A DNA stretch of 64,000 bases from Macrostomum lignano (lineage: Eukaryota): assembly GCA_002269645.1 (NCBI GenBank), contig NIVC01000151.1:248001-312000 (forward strand). The letters run 5' to 3'. The position numbers were made by a program, and so were the translations under genes. How positions within the stretch are numbered: the first letter of the stretch is position 1; every line of letters starts with the position of its first letter. The notes beneath the pieces are model-generated. The model was not told where the DNA came from, searched no databases, and was given only the letters and a program-made list of their open reading frames with translations. Positions 34,619-46,849 of this stretch are shown here, piece after piece.

Positions 34619-37600
34619 ATGTACAAAGCTTTTGTCCGCGGCCTATCAGACCTGCAGGCAATGGCGGCTCAAGTGCACACCAAGGCCAGGACCCCGGTGT
34701 ATGGCAAGGGCCAGACTGTGAACCGCTTCCCCGTGCCAGACGACAAGGTGCCGTGGAGTGTCGCCTTCCCCGAGTACAAGCCCACCTACTTTGAGGACGC
34801 CAAGCTGAAGAAGGCGAGCTACGCTGACCCGGACATCCTGTGAGCTCACTGGACAGTTGTGTACCGCATGCTTGTCCTATAGTTGAATCAGCAGCTTTTG
34901 CATGACGGTAGTAGCTTAAATTGGCCACTGATTATTCAGATAAGTGGAAAACCCGGTCAATTTTTAAATTAATTTTCAATGACTTTAAAAACGTGACCCA
35001 TACATGCTGCTGATCATTCAAATGACTCAAAGATATGCTGCTGATCATAATAGATGCTGCTGATCCTTCAAATGATTCAAAGGTATGCTGCTGATCATAA
35101 TAGATGCTGCTGATCCTTCAAATGATTCAAAGGTATGCTGCTGATCATAATAGATGCTGCTGATCATTCAAATGACTCAAAGATATGCTGCTGATCATAA
35201 TAGATTCTGCTGATCATTCAAATGACTCACAAAGCCTATAATTCTCATGGAAGCTGTCAGGTGGATGGTGTTAGTTTTCATTTTAAGACAATGAGCTGAG
35301 AGCAATTACAGACGGTCACAGCAAGCCGCCCCGCCGCCCGCCCGCAGCAACAACAAGGCCGCGCCTGCCCTGAAATTCAACGGCACGGACGCCGGGGAGC
35401 TGAACCGGGTCAGCCACGAGGGCCGCTACTCGCTCGACCCCGACGGTCTGCCGCTGAACCCGCGCGGCCGGACCGGCATTCGCGGCCGCGGCTGTCTCGG
35501 CCGCTGGGGCCCGAACCACGCTGCCGACCCTATAGTCACGCGGTGGAAGCGTGATCCGAAGACTGGAGCCAAGGTCGGTGGCAATATACATACCCTGGGT
35601 GGCAGTGGGGAGCAGAAGCGGAACCAGCTGATGGGGGCTTTAGTTAGTTCGTTGGTCTCTGGGCACTGCTGCTAAGCTACTCTGCTCCCTGCTGATTGGG
35701 CAGGGATTAGAGAGTGCAACAGCAGGTGGGCTCTGTGCAATCAGAGCACAGGCTGGGGCTCATTGGGCAGGGGTAGAGAGTGCAGCAGGTGGGCTCTGTG
35801 CAATCATAGCACAGGCTGGGGCTCATTGGGCAGAGGTAGAGAGTGCAACAGCAGGTGGGCTCTGTGCAATCAGAGCACAGGCTGGGGCTCATTGGGCAGG
35901 GATAGAGAGTGCAACAGCAGGTGGGCTCTGTGCAATCAGAGCACAGGCTGGGGCTCATTGGGCAGGGGTAGATAGTGCAACAGCAGGTGGGCTCTGTGCA
36001 ATCAGAGCACAGGCTGGGGCTCATTGGGCAGGGGTAGAGAGTGCAGCAGGTGGGCTCTGTGCAATCATAGCACAGGCTGGGGCTCATTGGGCAGGGGTAG
36101 ATAGTGCAACAGCAGGTGGGCTCTGTGCAATCAGAGCACAGGCTGGGGCTCATTGGGCAGGGATAGAGAGTGCAACAGCAGGTGGGCTCTGTGCAATCAG
36201 AGCACAGGCTGGGGCTCATTGGGCAGGGGTAGATAGTGCAACAGCAGGTGGGCTCTGTGCAATCAGAGCACAGGCTGGGGCTCATTGGGCAGGGGTAGAG
36301 AGTGCAACAGCAGGTGGGCTCTGTGCAATCAGAGCACAGGCTGGGGCTCATTGGGCAGGGGTAGAGAGTGCAGCAGGTGGGCTCTGTGCAATCATAGCAC
36401 AGGCTGGGGCTCATTGGGCAGGGGTAGAGAGTGCAACAGCAGGTGGGCTCTGTGCAATCAGAGCACAGGCTGGGGCTCATTGGGCAGGGGTAGAGAGTGC
36501 AACAGCAGATGGGCTCTGTGCAATCAGAGCACAGGCTGGGGCTCATTGGGCAGGGGTAGAGAGTGCAACAGCAGGTGGGCTCTGTGCAATCAGAGCACAG
36601 GCTGGGGCTGATTGGGCAGGGATAGAGAGTGCAACAGCAATCAAGCCAGCCAATCACAGCCCAGAACCGATGCTGCCAACCCGTGCCAGGTCGTGGACCC
36701 CGCAAGCGGCCGCCCGGTGCTGCAGTTCGTCAGCATCCTCAGGGGCGACGTGAAGGAGTGGGCGATCCCCGGCGGCATGGTGGACTGCGGCGAGGAGGTC
36801 TCCGCCACCCTCAAGCGCGAGTTCGGCGAAGAGGCCCTGGACTCCACCATGGCAGATGCGGCCGGCAAAGCCGCGCTGGCGGTAGGCGGGCTGGGGGATT
36901 CGGGAATCGGGCTGGGGATTCGGGAATCGGGCTGGGGATTCGGGAATCAGGCTGGGGATTCGGGAATCGGGCTGGGGATTCGGGAATCGGGCTGGGGATT
37001 CGGGAATCGGGCTGGGGATTCGGGAATCGGAGTGGGGATTCAGGAATGGGATCGAATCTACCTGGGAATTCCCCGCCGCCCCACCAGGCCAAGGTGGAAG
37101 CGGCCTTCAACCACGGCGTGGACCTGTACAAGGGCTACGTGGACGACCCCAGGAACACCGACAACGCCTGGATGGAGACGGTGGCCGTCAACTTTCACGA
37201 CGAAGATGGCGACGGCCTGGCCATGTTCCAGCTGCACGCCGGTGAGTGCGGGAGACTGGAGCCAGGGGAGCACGGCGCCACTGCGTGCCACAGGTGGAAA
37301 CCCTTTGATCCTCGACCCGCTTTTAGTGAGAAGCACACACAATCCCCTTGAAAAAATTGGACCCAAATACCCTTGACCCACTTTGACTCAGTCACCTTGA
37401 CCAACATTGACCCAGTCAACTTTGACCCACTTTGACCCAGTCACCCTTGACCCACTTTGACCCAGTCACCCTTGACCAACATTGACCCAGTTATCCTTGA
37501 CCCACTTTGACCCAGTCACCCTGGACCGTATTTATTCTCTTGCTTCGAACCCCCAGGCGATGACGCGATCGGAGTCTGCTGGAAGGACATCTCCCGTGAT

Positions 37601-37669
37601 CTGAAGCTGTACGCCAGCCACCATCAGTTCGTTGAGAAGGCGGTGCAGCTCAGGGGCGCCCACTGGTGA
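34619..37669 (+). CDS. NUDT9: ADP-ribose pyrophosphatase (Nudix), 5 coding exons
   Basis: Exons 34619-34839, 35348-35573, 36690-36881, 37088-37241 and 37557-37669; phases 2, 0, 0, 1 match. [80 protein letters not shown]. Confidence 0.96.
35000..35230. repeat. Loose tandem repeat in NUDT9 intron 1
   Basis: Alternating ATGCTGCTGATCATTCAAATGACTCAAAG / ATGCTGCTGATCATAATAG units. Confidence 0.85.
35705..36640. repeat. 66-bp (63-bp variant) minisatellite in NUDT9 intron 2
   Basis: Unit AGAGAGTGCAACAGCAGGTGGGCTCTGTGCAATCAGAGCACAGGCTGGGGCTCATTGGGCAGGGGT. Confidence 0.95.
36887..37050. repeat. 20-bp G-rich minisatellite in NUDT9 intron 3
   Basis: Unit GGGCTGGGGATTCGGGAATC. Confidence 0.95.
37370..37525. 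repeat. TTGACCC-based repeat in NUDT9 intron 4
   Basis: CCTTGACCCACTTTGACCCAGTCAC units. Confidence 0.85.
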
Positions 37670-37832
37670 CTTCTGGCCACCGCTCCAGGCCTGAACCCTT
37701 TGGATGCTGAGCGAAAACTTTTCATTTTCCCAACTTTTTGTAGCCACAAATTTGTTAAAACTTGACATTTTGTTCGAAAACTTTCTCTACGCATATTTAG
37801 TCTTTTATTATAGTTTACTGACTGTTAAATTT

Positions 37833-38004
<172 letters not shown>

Positions 38005-38424
38005 CCCGCCTCCCAATCTCTCAGAAGTTTGCAGCTTCCATCTTTCCATCTTCAGCAGCAGGTCACGCCAAGCAGTCTGACCACAGCCAGGCCTTTTCTA
38101 CTATTTTTGCTAAGATTTTCCTCGGCATCTTGAGTAGATTTACTTCAAACTGTCTCACAAAAAAGAGCCTATGCTCGTATCATAGCTTTGGATGCGCTTA
38201 AGACTGCAGAGATCAGCCCTGAATGACAATCGCAGTTGTCAGGTGACAGACCTTCTGTAGCTCGGCCTTGCCGCGCAGATCAGCGCTTGCAGGAAGCCAA
38301 CTGAATAATGATGTACTCTAGCACTGACCTATTTTCCACACTAATAAACTTATAGTCATCCTTTATACACATGACGTAATTTAATGCCTTCATCGGCTTT
38401 GAGTCCAGGCGTTTTCTCGTTTTC

Positions 38425-39670
38425 TGATCTCTGTGTCAATCACACTCATTTCTCTATGAAAATCACTCTCCTGATCTCTATGAGAATCACTCTCCCTGAT
38501 CTCGATGAGAATCACCCTGTCTGATCTCTATGAGAACTTCTCTCCGTGATCTCGATGAGAATCACCCTCCCTGATCTCTATGAGAATCACCCTCCCTGAT
38601 CTCTATGAGAATCACTCTTCCTGATCTCTATGAGAATCACTCTCCCTGATCTCGATGAGAATCACTCTCCCTGATCTCTATGAGAGTCACTCTCCCTGAT
38701 CTCTATGAGAGTCACTCTCCCTGATCTCTATGAAAATCACTCCCTGATCTCTATGAGAATCACTCTCCCTGTTCTCTATGAGAATCACTCCCTGTTCTCT
38801 ATGAGAATCACTCCCTGTTCTCTATGAGAATCACTCTCCCTGTTCTCTATGAGAATCACTCCCTGTTCTCTATGAGAATCACTCTCCCTGTTCTCTATGA
38901 GAATCACTCTCCCTGTTCTCTATGAGAATCACTCACTGTTCTCTATGAGAATCACTCTCCCTGATCTCTATCAGAATCACTCTGTCTGATCTCTTTGAGA
39001 ACTTCTCTCCGTGATCTCGATGAGAATCACTCTCCCTGATCTCTATGAGAATCAATTTCCTGATCTCTATGAGAATCACTCTGCCTGATCTCGATGAGAA
39101 TTACTCCCTGATCTCTATGAGAATCACTCTCCCTGATCTCTATGAGAATCACTCCCTGATCTCTACGAGAGTCACTCTCCCTGGTCTCTATGAGAATCAA
39201 TTTCCTGATCTCTATGAGAATCACTCTCCCTGATCTCTATCAGAATCACTCTGTCTGATCTCTGAGAACTTCTCTCCGTGATCTCGATGAGAATCACTCT
39301 CCCTGATCTCTATGAGAATCACTCCCTGATCTCTATGAGAGTCACTCTCCCTGATCTCTATGAGAGTCACTCTCCCTGATCTCTATGAGAGTCACTCTCC
39401 CTGATCTCTATGAGAATCACTCTTCCTGATCTCTATGAGAATCACTCTTCCTGATCTCTATGAGAGTCACTCTCCCTGATCTCTATGAGAATCACTCTCC
39501 CTGATCTCTATGAGAATCACTCCCTGATCTCTATGAGGATCACTCTCCTGATCTCTATGAGAATCACTCTCCCTGATCTCTATGAGAATCACTCTCCCTG
39601 ATCTCTATGAGAATCACTCTCCCTGATCTCTATGAGAATCACTCTCCCTGATCTCTATGAGAATCACTGA
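38425..39670. repeat. 25-bp minisatellite between the convergent NUDT9 and astacin genes
   Basis: Unit CTCTATGAGAATCACTCTCCCTGAT with 23-bp variants. Confidence 0.95.
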
Positions 39671-39861
39671 AGTGATACCGACAGAATCCTACATGTTCTG
39701 ATACAGCTGGATGTAAACGTCAGCAGAGAAACAGCTACATTAAGTTCAAAAGTAAAGACGGGATGTCCGCAAGATTAAAACATCGGTCACGTGACTGACA
39801 ACCGCCACCTCAACAACTTTATTTCACAGGATAGCTCGTAGTGAGTGCCGATATTTGCAGC

Positions 39862-42441
39862 TTAGGCGCAGCCGTAGGCCTTGCGGATCCTGTAGGCGTC
39901 GTTGGCCGACATGTTGTAATAGTCGCCCAGGTCGGTGCCGCCGTTGTCCCGACGCCGCATCACGTGGACGCCAGGGCGGCAGGCGAAGCCGGTGGACGGG
40001 TACTGCATGCAGCTCTTGTAGTCGTAGGAGGTGCCGAACACGTTGCCCCTGTACTTGTAGTAGGCCGAGCAGTAGGCTGCGGGTGTTCCATGTTGGAAAT
40101 TCGCATATTTCTACTTGCAGTAGACTTTGGGGCATTAATTGAAGCTCAGCGGTACAATAAATTTTATATTCTTTGCTATTAGTTCATAAATCGCTGTATG
40201 AACTTCGATAGAATTACCCTCTCCCACCCTTTTTCCCACCCCTCAATCTAACCATCTCCCACCCTTCTTTTTCACCCTCTCTCCCACCCCTCTGTCCCAC
40301 CCTCCCACCCCTCTTTCCCACCCTCTCCCACCCTTTTTTCTTACCCTCTCCTACCCCTCTTTTTAATCATCTCCCACCCCTCTTTCCCACCCTCTCCCAC
40401 GCCTTTTCCACCCGGTCCCTCACCGGTCAGGATGTTGGCCCAGTCGATGATGAGGTAGCTGTCGCGGTCCGTGCGCGTCTGCTCGTGGTGGAAGCCGAGG
40501 GCGTGCATGAACTCGTGCACGATGGTGCCGCGGGTGAAGCAGCCGTTGTCCAGCGACAGGTTCTGGCGACCGCGGTTCAGGTAGCCCACGTAGGAGGAGC
40601 AGCTGCGGGTGGGTGTTCGCCAGTTGCCAAGCGACAGCATTTTTTTCAGTTTCCATAGCAACAGACTCTCTGGCTCAATCAGATTTCGCGTAACAGCGTT
40701 GCCATGGTAGCTGGCTATCTTGTTCAGGCAGAGTTCATACAGCACTGTTTCCATGGCAACAGCCCGCCATTCTTAAATCAGAGATTTGCTACCCCAGAGT
40801 GCCAAAGCAACGAGGTAAATTTATAAACGGTAGTGTGTTGCCACGGCAATAATGCACAATCAGAGTTCGAACCGGCAGTCAGTGTTGCCATGGCAACAAT
40901 GCATAATCAAAGTTCAATCCGGCAGTCAGTGTTGCCATGACAACAATTTGCATGACCAGAGTTCAAACCAGCAGTCAGTGTTGCCATGGCAACTGCCTAC
41001 CAGACTCACCCGGCGCCATTGGTGACATAGACGTAGCTGTACTCGTTGGTGCGCTGCTTGAAGGACACGCAGTAGTTGGTCATCTGCTCGATGTACCGCA
41101 GCGCTGCCACGATGGTGTTGGCGTTGCCTGCAATGCGGCGTCGCCCCGGGGTGCACTTTTACCTGACAGAAGGCAGAGTTATTGCAAACCGGAAATTCAA
41201 ACCCCGATCGCAACTCACTGCTCATGTGGCTGCCGATGCTGTACACCAGGGTGCGCCTGGGCCAGATGTTGGTCTGGGCATTCCTCAGCTGCAAGATGAA
41301 GGCAAACCTGTTGAGTCCTCAGCTTAAGCCCAGCACTTGCCTGCTTAACTAAAGTACCTGCTGGACTTCCGAGCGCAATGAGACCATATTTACGGAAATC
41401 CAATTTTTCTAATAGAAACTGACTTTGAGGCATTCACCGGCTTAATGATTCGAACCATGGACGCTTAAAGGTCTTAGGCATTCAAAATTTGAGTTTATTT
41501 ATTTCGTCATTTTGACTCGAGCCTCTATAGTATTGGATTCGAAACCAGGACCTTATCCTCAGAAACAATTTTAGCAATAAAATAAACGCAAACACTCACG
41601 CCGAGCATGCCGAGCTTCTGCTCTGTCGTGAGAATCATGTCGCCGATGGGGCCCTCCTTCAGGTCCTCGTAGCTCAGCGGCGCCTGCGGGGGCGCGGGAG
41701 GGGTGGCAGGGGTGACGGCAGCGGGAGTGGCGGCTCAGATTCCCAAGGGCTCAGGTGAGTATTTTCATTCGGGGAATTTTTTTACCAAATAGTTTGTCCG
41801 TGAAGTCTTGTCCGGAGATTATTTTTGTCCGAGGAGACATTTTGTCCGGGGAGACATTTTGTCCGGGGAGATATTTTGTCCGGCGAGACATTTTGTCCGG
41901 CGAGACATTTTGTCCGGCGAGACATTTTGTCCGGTGAGACATTTTGTCCGGTGAGACATTTTGTCCGGCGAGACATTTTATCCAGGGAGACATTTTGTCT
42001 GGGGAGACATTTTATCCAGGGAGACATTTTGTCTGGGGAGACATTTTGTCTGGGGAGACATTTTATCCAGGGAGACATTTTGTCTGGGGAGACATTTTAT
42101 CCAGGGAGACATTTTGTCCAGGGAGACATTTTGTCTGGGGACAAATTTTGTTTACAAAGCTTAGCAATGTATAATTATCAAACCACTGTACTTTTCCAGA
42201 CAATTATTATTTCAAGACTTTTCTGACCGCAGTTTCAGGCAGTACGGACGTAAAAACTCAAATTCGAGTACAACAAAGTCGAGATGAGGCAAGGCAAACT
42301 ACTCAGCACAATACCTCAAGAAATTGGACGAAGCAACCCAAAAGCCTGGCCAAAACTCACGTTGGGCGTGCAGCCGCACTGGCCGTGGACGCTGCCGACT
42401 GCCGCCAGGAGCAGCAGGCAGGCCGCCTTCAGCATCAGCAT
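39862..42441 (-). CDS. Secreted astacin-family (M12A) zinc metalloprotease, 248 aa, 6 exons
   Basis: Exons 42441-42361 (MLMLKAACLLLLAAVGSVHG signal peptide), 41683-41600 (GDMIL pro-peptide), 41288-41219, 41127-41010, 40602-40424 (GCSSYVG..HEFMHALGFHHEQTRTDRD) and 40076-39862 (YDYKSCMQY Met-turn); 747 nt in total, phases consistent. Confidence 0.94.
41825..42145. repeat. 17-18-bp minisatellite in astacin intron 1
   Basis: Unit CGGCGAGACATTTTGTC / GGGGAGACATTTTGTCTG. Confidence 0.95.
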
Positions 42442-42769
42442 ATCTGCAGTTGCTTTTCTGGTTGGTGACGGAGACTGGGAAATTGCAGGCGTCGCTCAGA
42501 GACCGACTCGATTTTGGAGAAGCCGCGCTCCTGCGGTCGCCGCCTGTTTTAAAGCCTCTGGGAGATAAGCGGGCCGGACTGCGGCTGCGCCGTTCTCACG
42601 GGCGCGGCGCCGCCAGCTCCAGCGGGTCGCGGCGCGGGAGGCACACCTCTTCGCGTGACTTTTGCCGCAATTTGTCTTCTTGCAAAAAAGTTTTTACAAC
42701 AATTGCCGCTCAACTGAATTTGCTTGCCTGGAAAACTGCGGCCGGCTTTGTGTCTGACCTTTCATGTGC

Positions 42770-43460
42770 GCTGTGTCTCAGCTTTCAGTGTGTCTCTCGC
42801 CCTTCATTGTGTCTCGGCTTTCAGTTTGTGTCTCTCGCCCTTCATTGTGTCTCAGCTTTCAGTTTGTGTCTCTCGCCCTTCATTGTGTCTCAGCTTTCAG
42901 TTTGTGTCTCTCGCCCTTCATTGTGTCTCAGCTTTCAGTTTGTGTCTCTCGCCCTTCATTGTGTCTCAGCTTTCAGTTTGTGTCTCTCGCCCTTCATTGT
43001 GTCTCAGCTTTCAGTTTGTGTCTCTCGCCCTTCATTGTGTCTCAGCTTTCAGTTTGTGTCTCTGGCCCTTCATTGTGTCTCAGCTTTCAGTTTGTGTCTC
43101 TGGCCCTTCATTGTGTCTCTCACCCTCCATTGTGTCTCTCGCAATTCATTGTGTCTCTCACTCTTCATTGTGTCTCTCACTCTTCATTGTGTCTCTCGCA
43201 ATTCATTGTGTCTCTCACCCTTGATTGTGTCTCTCACTCTTCATTGTGTCTCTCGCCCTTTATTGTGTCTCTCGCCCTTCATTGTGTCTCTCGCAATTCA
43301 TTGTGTCTCTCGCAGTTCATTGTCTCTCGCAATTCATTGTCTCTCGCAATTCATTGTCTCTCGCCCTTCATTGTGCCTATCGCCCTTAATTGTATGTCTG
43401 TCAAAATTCATTGTGTCTCTCGCAGTTCATTGTGTCTCCCACCCTCCATTGTGTCTCTCA
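42770..43460. repeat. 38-bp/19-bp minisatellite (TTCATTGTGTCTCTCGCCC family), copy 1
   Basis: CAGCTTTCAGTTTGTGTCTCTCGCCCTTCATTGTGTCT grading into 19-bp units. Confidence 0.95.
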
Positions 43461-43467
43461 CCTGTAG

Positions 43468-44275
43468 CCGTAACCGTCAATCTCAAGAAGTGCACCTTCA
43501 AGGCGTCGGAAATCGAGTTCGTTGGACACCGCGTCAGCGCAGCGGGAATTCAACCTCTCCAGTCGCACACCGAGTCCGTATCGGAACTCAAGGCACCCAC
43601 CAATACGGCAGAGTTGGCTTCATTCCTCGGCTTTGCAAAGTTCTTCCAGTTCTACATCAAGAACCTGTCTCACGTCGCCGAGCCGCTGACAGCGCTCCTG
43701 CGCAAGGACGCGCCATGGAACTGGGACGCGAAATGCCGTTCTTCGACCAAGATCACGAAACCGTCATCTCCTGCGACAGCAGCGACGTCGCCCTGGGCGC
43801 GACCCCCAGCCAAGTCGACGAGCACGGACAGCTGCGGCCAGTCGCCTTCGCCTCGCGAGCCCTGTCCGACACCGAGCGCCGCTACTCTGCGTCAGAGAAG
43901 GAGGCCTTGGCCTGCGTCTGTAGCTGCGAGCATTGGCACCTGCTGCTGTACGGTCGCAAGTTCAAGCTTCTCACCGACCATCAAGCGCTGACGACCCTGC
44001 TGACACCTCGAGGAGTCGGCCAACGACCTCTTCGACTTCAGCGCTGGTGCGAGCGACTCTTCGTCTACGACTTCCGGCTTCCGACACCGACATCGACTTC
44101 CGACATCGAGTACGTCCCCGGCAAGCTCAACGTCCAACCCGACTTTCTGTCTCGCTACGGCTACGACGGCAAGAGCGCAGCCAACGAGTCCAACGAGCAG
44201 CGCCAGAGCGAGTCCGACATCAACCTGGTGCTGGCCAGAAGCACCGAGCCGATCTCAGAGAGACTAAGAGAGACT
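43468..44275 (+). mobile_element. Ty3/gypsy pol fragment (RT C-terminus + RNase H), frameshifted, copy 1
   Basis: TVNLKKCTF..EIEFVGH..P..ELASFLGFAKFF..YIKNLSHVAEPLTALLRKD..W.W; after a deletion/frameshift near 43735: CDSSDVALGA..RPVAFASRALSDTERRYSASEKEALA..LYGRKF.L.TDHQAL..RLQRW..YDF..IEYVPGKLNVQPDFLSR. Confidence 0.92.
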
Positions 44276-44750
44276 TCATTGTATGTCTGTCAAAATTCAT
44301 TGTGTCTGTCTCAATTCATTGTGTCTCTCACCCTTGATTGTGTCTCTCACCCTTCATTGTATGTCTGTCTCAATTCATTAGGTCTCTCGCCCTTCATTGT
44401 GTCTATCGCCCTTCATTGTATGTCTGTCTCAATTCATTGTGTCTATCGCCCTTCATTGTGTCTATCGCCCTTCATTGTATGTCTGTCTCAATTCATTGTG
44501 TCTATCGCCCTTCATTGTATGTCTGTCTCAATTCATTGTGTCTATCGCCCTTCATTGTATGTCTGTCTCAATTCATTGTGTCTATCGCCCTTCATTGTAT
44601 GTCTGTCTCAATTCATTGTGTCTATCGCCCTTCATTGTATGTCTGTCTCAATTCATTGTGTCTATCGCCCTTCATTGTATGTCTGTCTCAATTCATTGTG
44701 TCTATCGCCCTTCATTGTATGTCTGTGTCTGTCACAATTCACTGTGTCTC
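44270..44750. repeat. 40-bp minisatellite, same family as 42770-43460, copy 1
   Basis: Unit TTCATTGTGTCTATCGCCCTTCATTGTATGTCTGTCTCAA. Confidence 0.95.
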
Positions 44751-45559
44751 TCACCATTAATTTTCTCACCAACCGCTGCCCAGACTCCCTCAATCCAAGG
44801 TCTGTCTGCCACTCCGCCTGTTCCCACAGCCCGTTAACAACAGAGCCAATTTGCTTCAAGTGAGCAGGTGAGAAGGACATCCAATTAATTAGGCAGATCC
44901 GGCGGTGGAGAGCTCATCTTCATCGCGGTGTGTAAACAGCTCAAGCCGAGTGCTTCCCAGCGACACCTGAGACAATTGCTGCTTGTCTGCAGCTGGTCCG
45001 AGCCGCTTATTGATGCCTTGGATGATCGCATGGAGACACTTCGGGTCCAACCGGTTGTTGAGTTCGCTGCAACGGATGGAGCCCGGGGTCCTTCACGGGT
45101 ACTCACGTCCAGCTGGGGAGCACGCGGCGGGTGGGACGATGCAGCACTGGCCGCCCTCATCAGCTCCCAGTCTCTTAGGGCCCGGGTTTCGGTGGCGCAG
45201 CTCAGCGGTGAACAGTCTGGGTCTCGCGCCACGAGCCCCTGGGTTCGATTCCGCACTCATTTGGGCTTGTCGTGCAATTCACAGACATGAGGGCCAACCA
45301 TTGAGCCAACTAACCAATCTGCTTGCTAGCGAGCTTCTCTCGACCCATAGGAAAATTGTAAAGCTTTTAAAACCAACCTTCAATCAGAAATGAGCAAAAT
45401 GTTCAATTAATTGTTGAAAACAGAATACAAGTTAATTGAATCAAAATTAGGCCTTCATCATCAAATAAATTGGCATTAAAAGATTTACATGCGGGAATCC
45501 TCTGAGTACACTTGGTCCTTTGGTTCAATAGGCTGAAAGTGCCGTTCTGGCCTGTCCCC

Positions 45560-46125
45560 AGTCTTACTAGTGGACGGGTGGAACAGCCACGTCTATAAAT
45601 AGAAAATGCCCCAGTCCCACCAGTGACGGGTGGAACAGCCAAATCTATAAATAGAAATGTCCCCAGTCCCACTAGTGACGGGTGGAACAGCCACATCTAT
45701 AAATAGAAGTGTCCCCAGTCCCACCAGTGACGGGTGGAACAGCCACATCTATAAATAGAAATGTCCCCAGTCCCACTAGTGACGGGTGGAACAGCCACAT
45801 CTATAAATAGAAATGTCCCCAGTCCCACTAGTGACGGGTGGAACAGCCACATCTATAAATAGAAATGTCCCCAGTCCCACTAGTGACGGGTGGAACAGCC
45901 AAATCTATAAATAGAAATGTCCCCAGTCCCACTAGTGACGGGTGGAACAGCCACATCTATAAATAGAAATGTCCCCAGTCCCACTAGTGACGGGTGGAAC
46001 AGCCACATCTATAAATAGAAATGTCCCCAGTCCCACTAGTGACGGGTGGAACAGCCAAATCTATAAATAGAAATGTCCCCAGTCCCACTAGTGACGGGTG
46101 GAACAGCCACATCTATAAATAGAAA
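45560..46125. repeat. 52-bp minisatellite containing CTATAAATAG, copy 1
   Basis: Unit TGTCCCCAGTCCCACTAGTGACGGGTGGAACAGCCACATCTATAAATAGAAA, about 11 units. Confidence 0.95.
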
Positions 46126-46364
46126 GTGCCTGCAGAACAGCAAGATGCCGCTGCAGTTTCCGAGACTGGGGGTCGACCCGATATTGTCTGTGGTAATCTG
46201 CAGCAACTGAAGATACTGCAATCCTGGGTCACTGAAGCAATGTCCTCAATGGTTGCAGAGTTGCGCCCCAGGCCATCCAGCCTCTTTTTCTCGCCTTGAA
46301 CCCGCGGATCTTTGATATGGAACTCCAGTCGGTTGCGTCTTTCATTCATTTATTTGCAAGATTG

Positions 46365-46630
46365 AAGCTTCACAATCTCGAAGCTTCACAATCTCAAAGC
46401 TTCACAAGCTCGAAGCTTCACAAGCTCGAATCTTCACAAGCTCGAAGCTTCACAAGCTCGAAGCTTCACAAGCTCGAAGCTTCACAATCTCGAAGCTTCA
46501 CAAGCTCGAGGCTTCACAAGCTCGAAGCTTCACAAGCTCGAAGCTTCACAAGCTCGAAGCTTCACAAGCTCGAAGCTTCACAAGCTCGAAGCTTCACAAG
46601 CTCGAAGCTTCACAATCTCGAAGCTTCACA
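46365..46630. repeat. 16-bp minisatellite, copy 1
   Basis: Unit AAGCTTCACAAGCTCG. Confidence 0.95.
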
Positions 46631-46849
46631 GCCCAGAGCTCCTTTCTTTGAGTGCTATTTCGCGTTTAAATTGCATTAAACTTGTGTTCCCGAAAAAACT
46701 GCCAACCCCTCTACCATAGAGTCGATTAAAAACATTTTTGTTAATAATGTTGAAGTCACTGGACTAAAGTACTTTTGGGTGATTCGTCAGTGCTTACTTC
46801 ATTGTCAAGATATTTGATATCTAGACATCATAGAGAGAACAGAGCAATT

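Noticed and set aside
35707-36705. 332-aa Cys-rich keratin-associated or metallothionein-like ORF
   Set aside because: Antisense translation of the 66-bp array in NUDT9 intron 2; no signal peptide or unique flanks.
42324-44863. 555-aa and 699-aa ORFs as intact polyproteins
   Set aside because: Mostly minisatellite read-through; the RT and RNase H parts are in different frames and the YxDD motif is absent.
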